Part shown: piece after piece, positions 62,633 through 64,000 of the stretch | Position numbering within the stretch: the first letter of the stretch is position 1 | Layout: each line of letters begins with the position of its first letter | Program-made: the position numbers and the translations under genes | Source of the DNA: Lama guanicoe | Lineage: Eukaryota | Assembly: GCA_013239625.1 (NCBI GenBank) | Contig: MU053881.1 | Location: 13,034,879 to 13,098,878 of the forward strand | Direction: 5' to 3' | Length of the DNA: 64,000 bases | The notes under the pieces: generated by a model | What the model saw: only the letters and a program-made list of their open reading frames with translations | What the model was told of the DNA's origin: nothing | Database searches by the model: none

Positions 62633-64000
62633 CTGAGAGCAACAGAGAAAATTACAAAGTGAATAAACATGTCTAATGCGTATTGTTAGTAAATGGTCAG
62701 AAATAGAACACGTGCATCTCTTAGGTAACCTCCTTAACACACCTTTTTTTGACTCTTCCTGTAATCAGTTGTGGAGGAATTTGACGTTCATATCCCAAGA
62801 TGTCTCTGATACAGGAAGGTCATGACTGTTGTGGTCTCTTTCATGTCTGCTTTTCAAGGATGTGACAAAGTGCTGTTACTTCAAGGTCAGTGCAGGTAAA
62901 AGCAGAAGCTGACAGTGGGAGGACACTCAGCGCCAACAATAGTTTGTCAAGGTCCAAGGGAAAAGACAGAACACAGATGGAAATTCTCCTAGGGTATCTT
63001 CTCATGACTACCCTCCTCCATACTTTTACCAGCTTTCCTGCCTTTGTTTCCCGTGTATGAGATATACATTTTTCTTATATTACTATGCTACAGCTAGGGG
63101 GTGCTGTTGATGATTATTATAATTATTATTATAGTACTAGTACTTACTATGTACTGAGTACTTTTATAAATATTTCCCATGTATCCAAATAAATCCCTAC
63201 TGTTCTTTGTATCATCCAGAGGTTTGGTCTTACAGTAGGACCTATTCCTCACCCCTCCCATATCTCACCAGAAAATCTATGAAACGCACACACACACCAA
63301 CCACCACCACCACCGTCGGGAAATATATTTCCCAAAGGCAAAGTTAGAATTATTCATTCCAGAAAAACACCGTGGAAGGGTTCACATAAGCATTTAAGTG
63401 GGATTTGGCACCTCAGGTCCTGTAGACAGATACAGCTACTGAGACAGGCAGCAGGCTTTCCTTAATATTACCAAGGAAATTCACACCCTGCAAGTTAATA
63501 TTTCAGATGGAAATATTACACAAGAGGAAATAAACTATGAAATAATTTTAAAATAATAAAAATATTTTATAGCTGCAGTATAATTATATGCACGCAAAGA
63601 GCTAAATAGTAAAGTGATAAAAAATGGTAACAAACATCTCCCTGTTACAAAACTTTGTCCATAATTTTACTTCCTCGGGTGCTTTCAGTTATTCATCCAT
63701 TGAGCGTTTTCTAAAACCTGTAATAAACACAAAATAAAATAAATAAAATAATTAAACACGTTCTAATGGGAGTTGGTAACCAAATGAAGCCCAGTCTTAT
63801 TTGAATCTCCTGAATGATGTAGTGGCTTTTCAATAAAGAGAACATTTCTGCTCTTGGATAAGCTTTACTTACTTTATCACGATAGAAAGAAGATAAGACC
63901 TGGTGAAGATGTCAGACTATATAATGAAAAGGATATGAATATACCTATTATGTAATAACAATAGATAACATTTATTTTGTATTATATGTTAGGGACAATA

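Noticed and set aside
63090..63108. CTCF-like motif CAGCTAGGGGGTGCTG
   Set aside because: Mismatches at key core positions; single weak hit.
1..64000. CRISPR array, operon or other prokaryote-like system
   Set aside because: No regularly spaced repeats or dense ORFs. The sequence is typical repeat-rich mammalian DNA.

Overview
AT-rich, CpG-depleted mammalian genomic DNA, most likely camelid (camel/alpaca/llama). The taxon call rests on two tRNA-Ala-derived SINEs of the vic-1 type, five copies of a younger L1 3' end, and no Alu, B1/B2, Bov-tA or PRE-1 SINEs that I could see. The window looks intronic or intergenic. A large share is interspersed repeats: old L1M-type LINEs (including a ~7.8 kb decayed minus-strand copy carrying nested inserts), younger L1 3' ends with target-site duplications (TSDs), MLT1/MER21/MER34/MER74-like solo LTRs, MER20, MIR and L2. 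I recognise no known protein-coding gene. The ORFs I can assign are L1 remnants or low-complexity sequence; the rest look like chance ORFs. The best leads are: (i) a CpG-enriched unique segment at ~21.0-21.8 kb with two well-formed minus-strand candidate exons, plus other small minus-strand exon candidates upstream; (ii) an inverted, iteratively templated insertion inside a young L1, plus similar AT-rich scars; (iii) a 3'-truncated L1 5'UTR-ORF1 piece nested in an opposite-strand L1; (iv) an ETS/TATA motif cluster inside an LTR-dense block. I found no convincing novel multi-gene system. Repeat subfamily names are from memory of consensus sequences, and boundaries without TSDs are approximate.
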